Assembly: GCA_021817905.1 (NCBI GenBank)
Contig: JAKAFM010000001.1
Location: 3,985-67,984, forward strand
Source of the DNA: a bacterium
GTDB taxonomy: Bacteria > Patescibacteriota > Microgenomatia > UBA12405
Length of the DNA stretch: 64,000 nucleotides
Reading direction: 5' to 3'
In this document: piece after piece, positions 19,771 through 30,050 of the stretch
How positions within the stretch are numbered: the stretch's first letter is position 1
Layout of the letters: the number at the start of each line of letters is the position of its first letter
The notes under the pieces: generated by a model
What the model was told of the DNA's origin: nothing
The model's input: the letters and a program-made list of their open reading frames with translations, nothing else
Databases searched by the model: none
Translations under genes and position numbers: made by a program

Positions 19771-20814
19771 CTACTTTCTTTTAATCATCCGATATAACAA
19801 ATAGGTCATTTGGCCCACTCCAAATAATAACAAAATAACTACCACTCCAACCCCTATAAGTATTCTCCACGGGACCACCCAAAAACTTAAACTCGCCTCA
19901 ATGGGAACATCCCGCTTACCATCATCATAAGCTAACAACATTAATGCCGTATATTTTCCAAATCGTAATTTCTTAATTTGCGAAAAATCCCAATTAAGTT
20001 GTTGGATGGGATTTCCTTTGCGATCAGTCTCTACCACCTTATTGTCAATTTTATCCGTATAGACAGGAAAACCATCACTCCATGCACTTGTGAATATCCT
20101 CGATGAATTTGGTAAAACATTTCCCTTAAGATCATTAATATCCAAAATAGCCACATCTTTTTTGTCCCCTTGGCTAATAAAAATGTTTCCTTTTGGAGCC
20201 ACATGAACATTTCCCTGGTTAAGCAACTTAATAGTAAAATTTACCGGTAAAAATTCAAATACTTTCTTCGGTACCGAAAATTCAGTAACCTCAATTTTTC
20301 GCACTGCATTTGGAACCCTTACTTCCAACAAGACCAAAGACGCCACTGCCCCCAAAATTTTAGTTGACCGCTCTCCTGCAACTGTCGGATCATTAAATCG
20401 GGAAAAAGTAACTGCGTAATAATAGCCAAATGCTGCGTTTGGAGGCACAGAAATATTCATCGTAATCGTTTTCCACTCATTCGCCACCATCGTAAAGTCG
20501 TTATCTGAAAAATGTACCCAATCAAAGTAATCATCCCCCGGGGCTCGATCTAATAATCTTGGGTTACCCTCATCTCCATAGGCCGAAAATTTCATTAAAC
20601 TAACATGAATTTTTTCTGGTAACAAACCGGCATTCTTAATTTTCAACTGCGCCGAAACCGTAGACCCTGGTTCAGTCACTAAATTAATGGGAAGAGGGGA
20701 CACCACCAAATTTAAACCGCCCACTGTTTGCGCCAATACCAGATTACTTTTTCCTCCAATAAGGAATAAAATTCCTAAAATCAAACCACTCCAAAACCTA
20801 AATCTAATTTTCAT
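19771..20814 (-). CDS. DUF916/DUF3324-like membrane-anchored protein (paralog)
   Basis: LVVSP, GYYYAVTF, LLNQGNVHVAPKG, GKYTA, FWVVPW, C-terminal TM plus basic tail. Confidence 0.7.
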   Translation of the reverse strand: MKIRFRFWSGLILGILFLIGGKSNLVLAQTVGGLNLVVSPLPINLVTEPGSTVSAQLKIKNAGLLPEKIHVSLMKFSAYGDEGNPRLLDRAPGDDYFDWVHFSDNDFTMVANEWKTITMNISVPPNAAFGYYYAVTFSRFNDPTVAGERSTKILGAVASLVLLEVRVPNAVRKIEVTEFSVPKKVFEFLPVNFTIKLLNQGNVHVAPKGNIFISQGDKKDVAILDINDLKGNVLPNSSRIFTSAWSDGFPVYTDKIDNKVVETDRKGNPIQQLNWDFSQIKKLRFGKYTALMLLAYDDGKRDVPIEASLSFWVVPWRILIGVGVVVILLLFGVGQMTYLLYRMIKRK

Positions 20815-20822
20815 TCCAAAAC

Positions 20823-21833
20823 TTAAAAATTACCGGCACCAACTATGGTCCAGGTATCTGTATAGTCACTGCCAGCAGCCTTGGTTGCAATCATCGCCAC
20901 ATGAGCCTTAAGCCAAACAGTATCATTGTTAGTTTTTCCTGTTCGGAACACAAATGGTTGCAAAGAAGTACTAAATGCTCCTCCGGATGTAGTCCCGTTC
21001 CCAGCATAAGATGTCGCTGCCGTCAGCGACCCAGACCCTGTGCCCGCAGTTACTCCAACATCCAAAATATAGCAATCAGATCCGGAGGTACAGGTTACCG
21101 TCGATCCGCCCACTACTCCTGTTGTCCCGATACTTTCCCCAGTCGTCGCCGACGATAATGCAGCATTAGCGCTTTTTATCCACCCAGTCCACCCCTTGGC
21201 CGCATTAGTCGACACCGAAACTCCAACTCCGATCGTTGAGACGACAGATCCGGAACTTAAATTACCTGTAAAGGCATCCGTTGTTCCCGTTATTGAAAAA
21301 TTAAAAGTTGAAGGTACGTTTGCCGTAATTACCACTTGATCGCTTGACAAATATTGAACCGCCACCGTTGTTTGATCAATCAAAGCATCACCCGAAGTTG
21401 TTGTTTTCACGATATCAAACGCTGAACCTGGTGAAGCCGGTGTTGATATACCAATATTTATATTAAAGCCATAAGTTTGGCCAACTGACAACGCCGTTAC
21501 TCCCGTTATATCAACTTCCGAAGTTCCTGTCCGGGCTGCTACCAAAGTCCCCGGCAAAGTCGAGACCCCCGTATCCAAATTAGTAACCGACACACTAACT
21601 CCAGCCCCAACCACGGCTGATCCAAAAATGAGCTTTACTTTAGCAACTGTTGCCCCCGTCACCGGAATAAAGGTAACGTAAACATTCGACGGAGTGTTTG
21701 CCTGCATCCGATCATAACGAACCGTTGCCCGGGTAAGCTGTGCCGCCAACACCGACTGACTCGACATTGAAAAAAGGATTGCCGCCAACACCAACACCGA
21801 CAACAAAGAAACGACCGATCTTAATATTTTCAT
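20823..21833 (-). CDS. Secreted WxL-like/fimbrial-subunit-like protein
   Basis: Signal peptide, VSTNAAKGW, C-terminus AGSDYTDTWTIVGAGNF. Confidence 0.65.
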   Translation of the reverse strand: MKILRSVVSLLSVLVLAAILFSMSSQSVLAAQLTRATVRYDRMQANTPSNVYVTFIPVTGATVAKVKLIFGSAVVGAGVSVSVTNLDTGVSTLPGTLVAARTGTSEVDITGVTALSVGQTYGFNINIGISTPASPGSAFDIVKTTTSGDALIDQTTVAVQYLSSDQVVITANVPSTFNFSITGTTDAFTGNLSSGSVVSTIGVGVSVSTNAAKGWTGWIKSANAALSSATTGESIGTTGVVGGSTVTCTSGSDCYILDVGVTAGTGSGSLTAATSYAGNGTTSGGAFSTSLQPFVFRTGKTNNDTVWLKAHVAMIATKAAGSDYTDTWTIVGAGNF

Positions 21834-21886
21834 GGTTATGATTTAAATATGTCTTGTTTACGATAATTTGTCAAGCTGATCATTAT

Positions 21887-22939
21887 TTAAAAATTGGCGC
21901 TGGCAATTACCGTCATCGATTCACTATAGTCACTAGCCTCGGGGGTACTCGTTGACGACTTCGCTTTAACTAAAAAATGAGCTCTGCCCGAAGTTACTGG
22001 AGTAGTCGCAGTAAAAATCTGATTTACTAAGGTGTTTACCGAACCAATAACATTTCCACTCCCATTATAGGGAGACAATATTAAAAATTGCCCAGCAGTT
22101 TGTGTCGCTCCTACCCCTTGTACTCCATAACCTTCCGCAATCCCACCACTCGATAAATCCCCATTTACCGTTGCAATTGTATAACCTGCAGTCACACTTT
22201 TTAAACCGCCATTTTGGCCGTAAATAAACACCCCACCTCCAGACGCCGCATTCGTATCCAAAGATACCCAAACATAAACCGGGCTATTAACCACATTACT
22301 TGGATAAAGATCCCCTAAACTAATCGCATAAGGTGGCAAAGTGTGGGTATCGGTAGCAGAAACATCGATTTCAAATGTTAGCGTCGGCGCTACCGTGGCT
22401 CCCGTCGCCACTGGTCCCCAATTGGTTTCACTATATTTTCCTTGCCAAGCCTTTGCTTTAAAGCTATAAGTAGTTGAACCTAGCAAACCAGAGACAACGC
22501 TGCCCGTTGATCCTCCCCAGGCATTATAATTTTGATAATCAGTAAATGCCAATGAAGACCCAATAGTACCGTCAGATTTTATATATTGTGTCGTTACAAA
22601 ATTATCACTACTAATGGCAATTGCATACAATGCATCACCCGGATTACCTTGAGTATCGACCACAAAATGCAATTTATTATAATAGTTGCCCGGATTATCA
22701 ACCGTAATCTTGGGAACATTGGCCAACTCTGCAAATACCAATCCAGGACCAATCCCATAACTGGAACCAACAATCGGATTCCCTCCGACTTCACCAGCCA
22801 CCCCGTTTATAGAATAATTACTTGATCCCACCTGACCTCCTCCCGCACTCCCAAGACTGAAACCTTCGAGTTTGTAATTAGTACTCGCCGGCAATACAAA
22901 AAAGAGAAATAACCACCAATAGTTTCGATAGTTCTTCAT
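21887..22939 (-). CDS. Secreted WxL-like/fimbrial-subunit-like protein
   Basis: LDTNAASG and C-terminus ASDYSESMTVIASANF, homologous to the neighbouring gene's C-terminus. Confidence 0.65.
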   Translation of the reverse strand: MKNYRNYWWLFLFFVLPASTNYKLEGFSLGSAGGGQVGSSNYSINGVAGEVGGNPIVGSSYGIGPGLVFAELANVPKITVDNPGNYYNKLHFVVDTQGNPGDALYAIAISSDNFVTTQYIKSDGTIGSSLAFTDYQNYNAWGGSTGSVVSGLLGSTTYSFKAKAWQGKYSETNWGPVATGATVAPTLTFEIDVSATDTHTLPPYAISLGDLYPSNVVNSPVYVWVSLDTNAASGGGVFIYGQNGGLKSVTAGYTIATVNGDLSSGGIAEGYGVQGVGATQTAGQFLILSPYNGSGNVIGSVNTLVNQIFTATTPVTSGRAHFLVKAKSSTSTPEASDYSESMTVIASANF

Positions 22940-25584
22940 AATTTAAAACGAATCCATAAATACCAAAAAACAAAAGAAATCAAAAGAGGAACAGCTGCAA
23001 TCGTTGTGCTTACCACCGAAAGCATTACCCCAAACAAAATAGTAAAAAACAAAAACGCCCAAGCTCCAAATCTCCCAAAATTGATATGTCCACTATCATA
23101 GGAGCCGTCAAAATCACTTTTTACTAACCTAAAATGTAACGCCGCTCTCAATAAACTTTCGCGCTTAAAATCCATAAACGGGGACGGATCATACCCTCGT
23201 GCCGTCACTGAAATTCGAACCTGATCTAACCTAGCTGGCACTTTCATAGAAAAATTTCCCAACAATCCAGTATAACTTCTTTCAAGAACCTGATTTTTAT
23301 TGCCATCGACCAAAAAAACACCTGCCCCAGAAATCGGGTAACCACTCAAATCGTTTATCACCACCCCATTAATAGTATTAACCTCCTTTACTCTTATCAA
23401 CAGACGATACAAATATAAAGGTAACAACCACCAAGCAATATGGTTGATTAGTGACCATGTTAACATTCCCAAAAAAAGTAACATTCCTGTCATAAGAACC
23501 CAAAGTAATTGGATAAATCGACCAGAATGAAAAAGTTCAATTGCTGAATTCAGAACAAAGGTATAACTGTCACTTATGGTTGTCGCATAAAAACCCACCA
23601 CCGCGCCTATAGTTATTGGCAATCGTTCCAAACTAACCTGGGGATAACCATTATGAGGAGATACTACAAATTCCATGGTTTTACTTTTATAACCCATCGC
23701 CGTTACCACCATTTTATATTGACCTTCTATTAAGATAGTATTAACCGTTCCATTACTTTCCGAATAAGTAGGATTAGTTAATAAACCCGTTCCACGCCAT
23801 AATTGATAAATCCGTGCTGGCGTAAAATAATAAAAAGTCACCTCCGCCCGCTCGATTCCTTTTCCGTTTTGGTCAACAACCTTAACGGGCAAAATGACCG
23901 TTAATTCCCCAACCTTTTGCTCAACAATATTCCCATAAAAATCATAAATTCGCAAATACATTTCATAAACACCGGGAAGAGGAGGAGTTTTTAAGTACGC
24001 CTGATAACCATTACTCCCAGAATTAATAAGATCAGCCACTACCGAATTGGGATCATTCCCAGCTGCACTCACAATTCCCAAAACATGCTTATTCCGTAAC
24101 CAAACTTGCGCCAGTTTAATGATATACGTCGGCGGAAGATTAAATTGGACCATATATGGCTGCGCTACCGGCAAAATTATCTGTGCCAAAGGTTTAGTTT
24201 GACCAGTATTGCGGTTGTCATACAATATTTGATCTGAACTCACCACTGTTGCCAATAATTGGCTGAATACCGACGGTAAAAGGGGAGTTGATGGCGTTAT
24301 AAAGGTGAACACATCAGAAGTCGTGGTATCGGCAGTTACCGTAAAGAAATAGGCAGTTGATGGCAATAATCCTTCAATTTTTATTTTATTTTCCGTGCCA
24401 ATATCTAGTACTATTAATGACTTACTTAACAATGTCGGCGACAACCCATACCGTATTTGCAATTTCTGCGGTACAGCCGACACCTCCACCCCTACCGTCG
24501 CCGCAGTTGCATCCAGACCGGAAATCACCACATTGGTAATAGTTACTGGCACTGGCACCGGCACTGGCGTCGCTGTTGGCACCCCGGTTAATTCAACCGT
24601 CGGCACAATCGTTGCAATTGGTGTTGGAGTTGTCATGGATGCATACTGATAACTCTCAGTAATCTGATTACTCGAAACTGTCACTACTTTCGATGCATTC
24701 AACTCTCCCGAAACAGTAAAATGGACAGTTGATGACCCAGCATAGTTACTATTAGTCTTTAAACTAAAGCTAACCTTTTGGTCGGTCGTTTGGGCTGGAA
24801 AAGAAGTTATGGTCCAGGTAATCGTCCGATTAACTAAATCGATTACCGGATGTGTCCCATTATAAGCATCGCTGGCGCTGTTCACCACGTAATCAGCCAC
24901 ATCAACCGTCAGTCCTCCGCCACCCTCAACCGAACCCCGTCCCCAGGTTGCCGTCAGTACCAAGGGATACGTCGGACTATGCAAATTGGCTCCATAGGTT
25001 AAAGTGTAGCCAATTTGCTGATTTTGACTCAAAACTCCAACACTGTTGTCCGTCAATCCAATTTGAAAATCTGACGCCAAAGCCGACACTTTTCCAGTAA
25101 CTACCACAGTATCTTTTGCCGCAATCGGAATACCCACGTATTGTTGACCATCAATAGTCGACCCAACCAAAGTCATCACCTGCCATTGATATATTGAGCT
25201 ATCACCAGCGGACGGATTCAGCCCAACTCCACCAGTCACATAAAAACCATAAGTAACTCCAGCCGTTAAATCACCACTCGAAAAAGTTATCTGTTGACCG
25301 TCAACACCACTAAAACCTATTCCCGGCCAAGCAGTCACTCCGGATGGTAATTGTGAGGTACTAATAGTCACCCCGGAATTCACACTCCAGGCGCTATTTA
25401 CCACCATTCTGAATCCTGTTTCCGTCACGTTGGATAATGTCGAAACTTCAACCAAAACTGGTAAAGGATTTTCACCGCTTGCCATTCGGCTTAACCGAAT
25501 TGTTGATGATTCCAACCCAGCCGCTGCCACCTGTTTTGTCGACAGAAAAAATACCATCACGATCAAGAACCACTTTTTCATCAT
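22936..25584 (-). CDS. Large membrane-anchored surface protein (FN3 and carboxypeptidase-regulatory-like domains)
   Basis: Signal peptide, PT-rich linker, FN3-like GLLPSTAYFFTV, two prealbumin-like repeats (GIERAEV...GQYKMVV; PISGAGV...GNFS), C-terminal TM helices. Confidence 0.75.
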   Translation of the reverse strand: MMKKWFLIVMVFFLSTKQVAAAGLESSTIRLSRMASGENPLPVLVEVSTLSNVTETGFRMVVNSAWSVNSGVTISTSQLPSGVTAWPGIGFSGVDGQQITFSSGDLTAGVTYGFYVTGGVGLNPSAGDSSIYQWQVMTLVGSTIDGQQYVGIPIAAKDTVVVTGKVSALASDFQIGLTDNSVGVLSQNQQIGYTLTYGANLHSPTYPLVLTATWGRGSVEGGGGLTVDVADYVVNSASDAYNGTHPVIDLVNRTITWTITSFPAQTTDQKVSFSLKTNSNYAGSSTVHFTVSGELNASKVVTVSSNQITESYQYASMTTPTPIATIVPTVELTGVPTATPVPVPVPVTITNVVISGLDATAATVGVEVSAVPQKLQIRYGLSPTLLSKSLIVLDIGTENKIKIEGLLPSTAYFFTVTADTTTSDVFTFITPSTPLLPSVFSQLLATVVSSDQILYDNRNTGQTKPLAQIILPVAQPYMVQFNLPPTYIIKLAQVWLRNKHVLGIVSAAGNDPNSVVADLINSGSNGYQAYLKTPPLPGVYEMYLRIYDFYGNIVEQKVGELTVILPVKVVDQNGKGIERAEVTFYYFTPARIYQLWRGTGLLTNPTYSESNGTVNTILIEGQYKMVVTAMGYKSKTMEFVVSPHNGYPQVSLERLPITIGAVVGFYATTISDSYTFVLNSAIELFHSGRFIQLLWVLMTGMLLFLGMLTWSLINHIAWWLLPLYLYRLLIRVKEVNTINGVVINDLSGYPISGAGVFLVDGNKNQVLERSYTGLLGNFSMKVPARLDQVRISVTARGYDPSPFMDFKRESLLRAALHFRLVKSDFDGSYDSGHINFGRFGAWAFLFFTILFGVMLSVVSTTIAAVPLLISFVFWYLWIRFKL

Positions 25585-25625
25585 TTTAGTCTACCAACCT
25601 TGCAACACTATAGTAAACTTACTAC

Positions 25626-26273
25626 ATGAAGTTGTTAACAAAAAGTACCTTTATCATTCTTTGCACTCTGCTTGCTTCCGGTTGTAATCCGACTCATCCG
25701 GTTTCCACTACTAACTTTATTCCCACCCCCACCCGTATTCCAGGATCGGAAAAAATCGCCGCTCTCACTTGGCAAACACTCAAAAGCAAAGAATTAGGAA
25801 TAAGTTTTGAGTATCCCACCACCTGGAATGCAAATTTGCCACAAAATAACACAATTACTCTATCTGAAAACTCCATTACTTTTTTGATTTCCAAATTACC
25901 AAATCCACAAAAATTAGCCGTCACCAGCCTTTGGAACAAATACCGACCAGAAACTACTTCCACTTTATCAATTCAAAAATTTACTGTCGCTCAAAATGAT
26001 ATCACTGGAATTATTTCCAATCCAGTAAATCAAAATAATGACCTCACCTCAATTTACCTTATTTTCCCTTTTGGAACTGATGCTTATCGGGTAATGTTTA
26101 ACTACCCCAGCAGCAAACCAGAAAATAGCCTAATATTAGGCAGAATTATTCAAACATTTGATCTCTCAAACAATACTACTGGTTTTACCTGTCCCAAAGG
26201 CGATTACAATTTAGTTGCCAATCAACCACCGGAATTTTATTACTGGGCCTATCTTAATTGCACCACTAAATAA
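25626..26273 (+). CDS. Putative lipoprotein
   Basis: Lipobox LASGC after a hydrophobic stretch; GISFEYPTTW PsbP-like motif. Confidence 0.7.
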   Translation: MKLLTKSTFIILCTLLASGCNPTHPVSTTNFIPTPTRIPGSEKIAALTWQTLKSKELGISFEYPTTWNANLPQNNTITLSENSITFLISKLPNPQKLAVTSLWNKYRPETTSTLSIQKFTVAQNDITGIISNPVNQNNDLTSIYLIFPFGTDAYRVMFNYPSSKPENSLILGRIIQTFDLSNNTTGFTCPKGDYNLVANQPPEFYYWAYLNCTTK

Positions 26274-26275
26274 CT

Positions 26276-26575
26276 ATGGTTTCAACTCAACCTTCGTTGT
26301 TATCAGAAACACTTTCTAAATATCAGGAAGTATTAGCCAAAAGAAAAAAGTATGTCAAAAAAGAATATCAAGCCTACGGACTTCAACTAGCCGAAGAACT
26401 ACTTGACTGGAAGAACAAATCACTCTACATGCGTCTTGCTAAAACCACTGATATAAAATTACTCGAAAAAGCCAGACTTTTTGTCAAAGATCAACAACGG
26501 GGAACAATCAGATCAAAAGCTAAGCTTTTTATGTGGAAATTAAAAGAGCTCAAATCATTCCCTCCCAAAACTTGA
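26276..26575 (+). CDS. Small basic hypothetical protein
   Basis: 99 aa ORF directly after the lipoprotein; EYQAYG...LYMRLAK...LFMWKL. Confidence 0.7.
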   Translation: MVSTQPSLLSETLSKYQEVLAKRKKYVKKEYQAYGLQLAEELLDWKNKSLYMRLAKTTDIKLLEKARLFVKDQQRGTIRSKAKLFMWKLKELKSFPPKT

Positions 26576-26600
26576 CTTATGCAACTCAGTTGCATATAAT
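26572..26600 (+). promoter_or_regulatory. Sigma70 promoter with a Fur/Zur-type operator in the spacer
   Basis: TTGACT (26572-77), 17 nt, TATAAT (26595-600); perfect 9-1-9 inverted repeat TATGCAACT-C-AGTTGCATA (26578-96). Confidence 0.85.
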
Positions 26601-26607
26601 TGCCGAA

Positions 26608-27033
26608 ATGGAGTATTTTAATCCCGACAAGATCATGAAATCGTTTCATCTCAGATCTACCAAGGTCCGGCACGCACTCATTTGTATTTTATATCAGAAC
26701 AATCAACCACTTTCTGTGGCCACTCTAACCGATCATCTAAAAACGCAGTTTAAAATAACCACCAACAAAACCACACTCTATCGACAACTTGATCTTTTGG
26801 AAAATAAAAAAATAATTAGTATTTACGAAGTTGAAGGGATAAAACATTTCCAATTTAACCATAGTCATTCACATCAATATTTGTTTTGTCATAGTTGTCA
26901 TCAGTTTATTCCACTAAAATCAGAACCGATTATTACCCTCAAAGACATCCAAAATATCGAAAAAAAACATCATTTTACTATTAGTCATCATTCCACCCTC
27001 TATTTTGGTCAATGCCATAGCTGCAAACCATAA
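26608..27033 (+). CDS. Fur-family transcriptional regulator (Zur-like)
   Basis: LRSTKVR, TTLYRQL, HSHSHQ, CHSC and C-terminal CHSC; ATG 7 nt after the -10 box. Confidence 0.88.
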   Translation: MEYFNPDKIMKSFHLRSTKVRHALICILYQNNQPLSVATLTDHLKTQFKITTNKTTLYRQLDLLENKKIISIYEVEGIKHFQFNHSHSHQYLFCHSCHQFIPLKSEPIITLKDIQNIEKKHHFTISHHSTLYFGQCHSCKP

Positions 27034-27060
27034 TATGTGAGTTAATATAATAAGTCACCT

Positions 27061-28113
27061 ATGAATTTTCTTAAATCAAACATCATAAAAATCATTATTT
27101 TTATCACCATCATTGGGTTAGTAGTTTTTGTCATTAAAAGTAGATCTGCACCGGCAGCATCATCACTTTATAACCCAAAAACAGACCAAATCGTAACTCC
27201 AACCTACCAACCTATTGCCGATACGGTCAGTTTGGCTGGTTCTATTAATGCCAGCAATGTCGCCATACTTCAATTTCAAACCAGTGGTCAACTTGCCTGG
27301 GTCGGCGTCAAGATAGGGGATCACGTCAGAAGAGGTCAAGCCATTGCCATGCTTGATAAACGCCAGCTACAATCTCAATTTCAAACTGCCATGAATGCTT
27401 ATCTTACCAACCGATCAACCTTTGAAGACACTCAAGACCAATACAAGGCCACTAAGGACAACTATTTAGTCACCGATCCTATCAAACGAATTCTCGACCG
27501 CACCCAATGGTCACTTGATAATGCTGTTATCGGCGTCCAGGCTGCCGACTTAGCTGTCAAATACGCAACTCTTATCAGTCCCATCGATGGTATCGTTGTT
27601 GACATTGATCAACCTAATGCCGGCGTTAACATTACTCCGCTTACTGCCAACTATACTATTATCGATCCTACCAGTATCTACTTTAAGTCTGAGATTGATC
27701 AGGAAACTATTCCTAAAATAAATGTTGGCCAACAGGCTACTATTCAACTTGATAGTTTCCCCAACAGTACGTTTAACTCGACCATCACCTATATTGCCTT
27801 TACGCCAGTAGTCAATCAAACTTCAACCGTTTACGAAGTCAGATTTAAACTTCCGGTTGACAACAGTACGCTATTATATCGTCAAGGTATGACCGGAGAC
27901 GTTTCCATTACCCTCAGTCAATCACCTCGCACCTTAGTTATTCCCATAGATGCAATCAATGATGACGGTCTTGGTAATAAATATGTCTATACCAAACAAG
28001 CCAATAATACTCTTACCAAAGTGGCTGTTACTACCGGCATTGAATCTGATACTTCGATTGAAGTTACCAAAGGCTTAACCGAAAATGACCAAGTTATCAT
28101 CAAAAAAAGATAA
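27061..28113 (+). CDS. Efflux RND/MacA-type membrane-fusion adaptor
   Basis: N-terminal TM, lipoyl halves VKIGDHVRRGQ and LISPIDGIV, GMTG, VTKGL. Confidence 0.88.
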   Translation: MNFLKSNIIKIIIFITIIGLVVFVIKSRSAPAASSLYNPKTDQIVTPTYQPIADTVSLAGSINASNVAILQFQTSGQLAWVGVKIGDHVRRGQAIAMLDKRQLQSQFQTAMNAYLTNRSTFEDTQDQYKATKDNYLVTDPIKRILDRTQWSLDNAVIGVQAADLAVKYATLISPIDGIVVDIDQPNAGVNITPLTANYTIIDPTSIYFKSEIDQETIPKINVGQQATIQLDSFPNSTFNSTITYIAFTPVVNQTSTVYEVRFKLPVDNSTLLYRQGMTGDVSITLSQSPRTLVIPIDAINDDGLGNKYVYTKQANNTLTKVAVTTGIESDTSIEVTKGLTENDQVIIKKR

Positions 28114-28816
28114 TCCCAAAGTTATTCTAGAACTTCGAGATGTTGTTAAAACCTATACCACTGGTAATACTAGTTTTAACGCTCTAAACAAAGTCAACCT
28201 TTCTATAAACCAGGGAGAATTTGTCTCCATTACCGGTCCTTCAGGCTCAGGAAAGTCAACCCTAATGCACATTGTTGGATTACTTGATATCCCAACCTCC
28301 GGCGAAGTCCTGCTCAATAATCTCGATATCGCTCACTTTGACGAAAAAAAATTGGCCCAAATTAGAAACGTCACCCTCGGGTTCGTCTTTCAGCAATTTA
28401 ACCTCCTCCCCAAAACCTCAGCCCTCGAAAACGTCATGTTACCACTCCTATATTCCGACGTCCCCCAACATCTCCGCCGGGATTTAGGTGTTGAAATGTT
28501 AACCAAAGTCGGATTGGCCGACAAATTAGTCAATACTCCCTCACAACTCTCCGGTGGTCAACAACAACGGGTAGCTATTGCCCGAGCCCTTATCAACAAT
28601 CCCAAAATTATCCTAGCTGATGAACCGACAGGAAATCTCGACTCTAAATCAGGTAGCGATATTATGGCTTTTTTCCATCAACTTAACCAAAAGGAAGGTC
28701 GGACTATTGTTTTTGTGACTCATGATCGTGATCTTGCCAACGAAGCCGACCGTATCATTATTATCAAAGATGGTCAAATACAAATTGAACAACACCCCCG
28801 CCATGTTGAAACCTAG
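28085..28816 (+). CDS. MacB/LolD-type ABC ATP-binding protein
   Basis: GPSGSGKST, LSGGQQQRVAIARAL, ILADEPTGNLD, VTHD. Confidence 0.95.
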   Translation: MTKLSSKKDNPKVILELRDVVKTYTTGNTSFNALNKVNLSINQGEFVSITGPSGSGKSTLMHIVGLLDIPTSGEVLLNNLDIAHFDEKKLAQIRNVTLGFVFQQFNLLPKTSALENVMLPLLYSDVPQHLRRDLGVEMLTKVGLADKLVNTPSQLSGGQQQRVAIARALINNPKIILADEPTGNLDSKSGSDIMAFFHQLNQKEGRTIVFVTHDRDLANEADRIIIIKDGQIQIEQHPRHVET

Positions 28817-30026
28817 CCTCGGCGAACTGGTTCGTTCCAGTTTTCATTCTATTTTTAAAAATAAAAGCCGTACTTTCCTGACTTCCTTAGGTATTATTAT
28901 TGGTGTCACCTCAGTAATTCTCTTAACTTCAATTGGTAATGGTCTTCAGAAATATGTTAACGACCAGTTCGATAGTCTTGGCTCAAATACTGTTTTTATC
29001 GTCCCAGGGCAAATATTTAACGACAAAGGTGGTTTTAATAATAGCTCTCAGAACCGCTTGGTCACCACTCGATTTTCGCTTAACGATGTCGCCACCTTGA
29101 GAAAGGGATTAAGAAGATCTCAAATATTACCCCTTTCTCAGGCAGTAGTTGATGTTAAATCAGGACCAATTCTTAAAAAAGCCAAAAGTCTTGTCGGCGT
29201 CACTAGTGATTATGGAGCTGCCAATAACGCCCTTCCCTCCAGTGGTAATGGTCGTTGGTTTACCAAAGATGAAGAAGACAAAAAAAGTAATGTTGTTGTT
29301 CTTGGCTACCAAATAGCTCTCGATCTTTTTCCGACGACTAGTCCGCTAAACAAAAAAATTGTTATTAAAGGTAAAAATCTTAAAGTAATCGGAATCCTCG
29401 ACAAAAAGGGGAGTACCTTTGGCGGGCCAAGCCTTGATGATTTTATCTACACTCCCATTGGTCTAGTATTCGACATCAATGGCAACCAGGATATTCAAAG
29501 TATGTATGTCAAAGCTCCCAATAAAGACTTGGTCCCCACTACTAAGGATGAAATTAGTAAATTATTACTAAAGAAATATGATAAAGACGCCTTCTCTGTT
29601 TTTGATAGCAGTCAATTATTAAGTAGCATTAATGCCATTATCGGCACTTTAACCATCGCCCTCTCGGGTATTGCCGCCATATCGCTCGTAGTTGGTGGTA
29701 TCGGTATAATGAACATTATGTTGGTTACCGTTACCGAACGAACCAGAGAAATTGGCTTACGCAAAGCTATCGGTGCTTACCCTAATGCCATTCTATTACA
29801 ATTCTTATTCGAGGCTATATTTTTATCATGTTTTGGTGGATTAATCGGTATTATGCTTGGTTCGCTGGGTGCATTTGCCATTAATAAAGTTTTTCCGGCT
29901 ATCGTCACCCCCGGCTCTGTCCTGTTGGCCTTTGGTGTTTCCTCAGCCGTCGGTATTATTTTTGGTGTTGCCCCCGCCCGCAAAGCATCTCAGCTTTCAC
30001 CAATTGAAGCTCTCCGCTACGAATAG
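28803..30026 (+). CDS. MacB/FtsX-type ABC permease
   Basis: RTFLTSLGIIIG, GGIGIMNIML, ERTREIGLRKAIGA, PIEALRYE. Confidence 0.93.
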   Translation: MLKPSLGELVRSSFHSIFKNKSRTFLTSLGIIIGVTSVILLTSIGNGLQKYVNDQFDSLGSNTVFIVPGQIFNDKGGFNNSSQNRLVTTRFSLNDVATLRKGLRRSQILPLSQAVVDVKSGPILKKAKSLVGVTSDYGAANNALPSSGNGRWFTKDEEDKKSNVVVLGYQIALDLFPTTSPLNKKIVIKGKNLKVIGILDKKGSTFGGPSLDDFIYTPIGLVFDINGNQDIQSMYVKAPNKDLVPTTKDEISKLLLKKYDKDAFSVFDSSQLLSSINAIIGTLTIALSGIAAISLVVGGIGIMNIMLVTVTERTREIGLRKAIGAYPNAILLQFLFEAIFLSCFGGLIGIMLGSLGAFAINKVFPAIVTPGSVLLAFGVSSAVGIIFGVAPARKASQLSPIEALRYE

Positions 30027-30050
30027 TCTTCTTTTTGCTACTATTAATCA

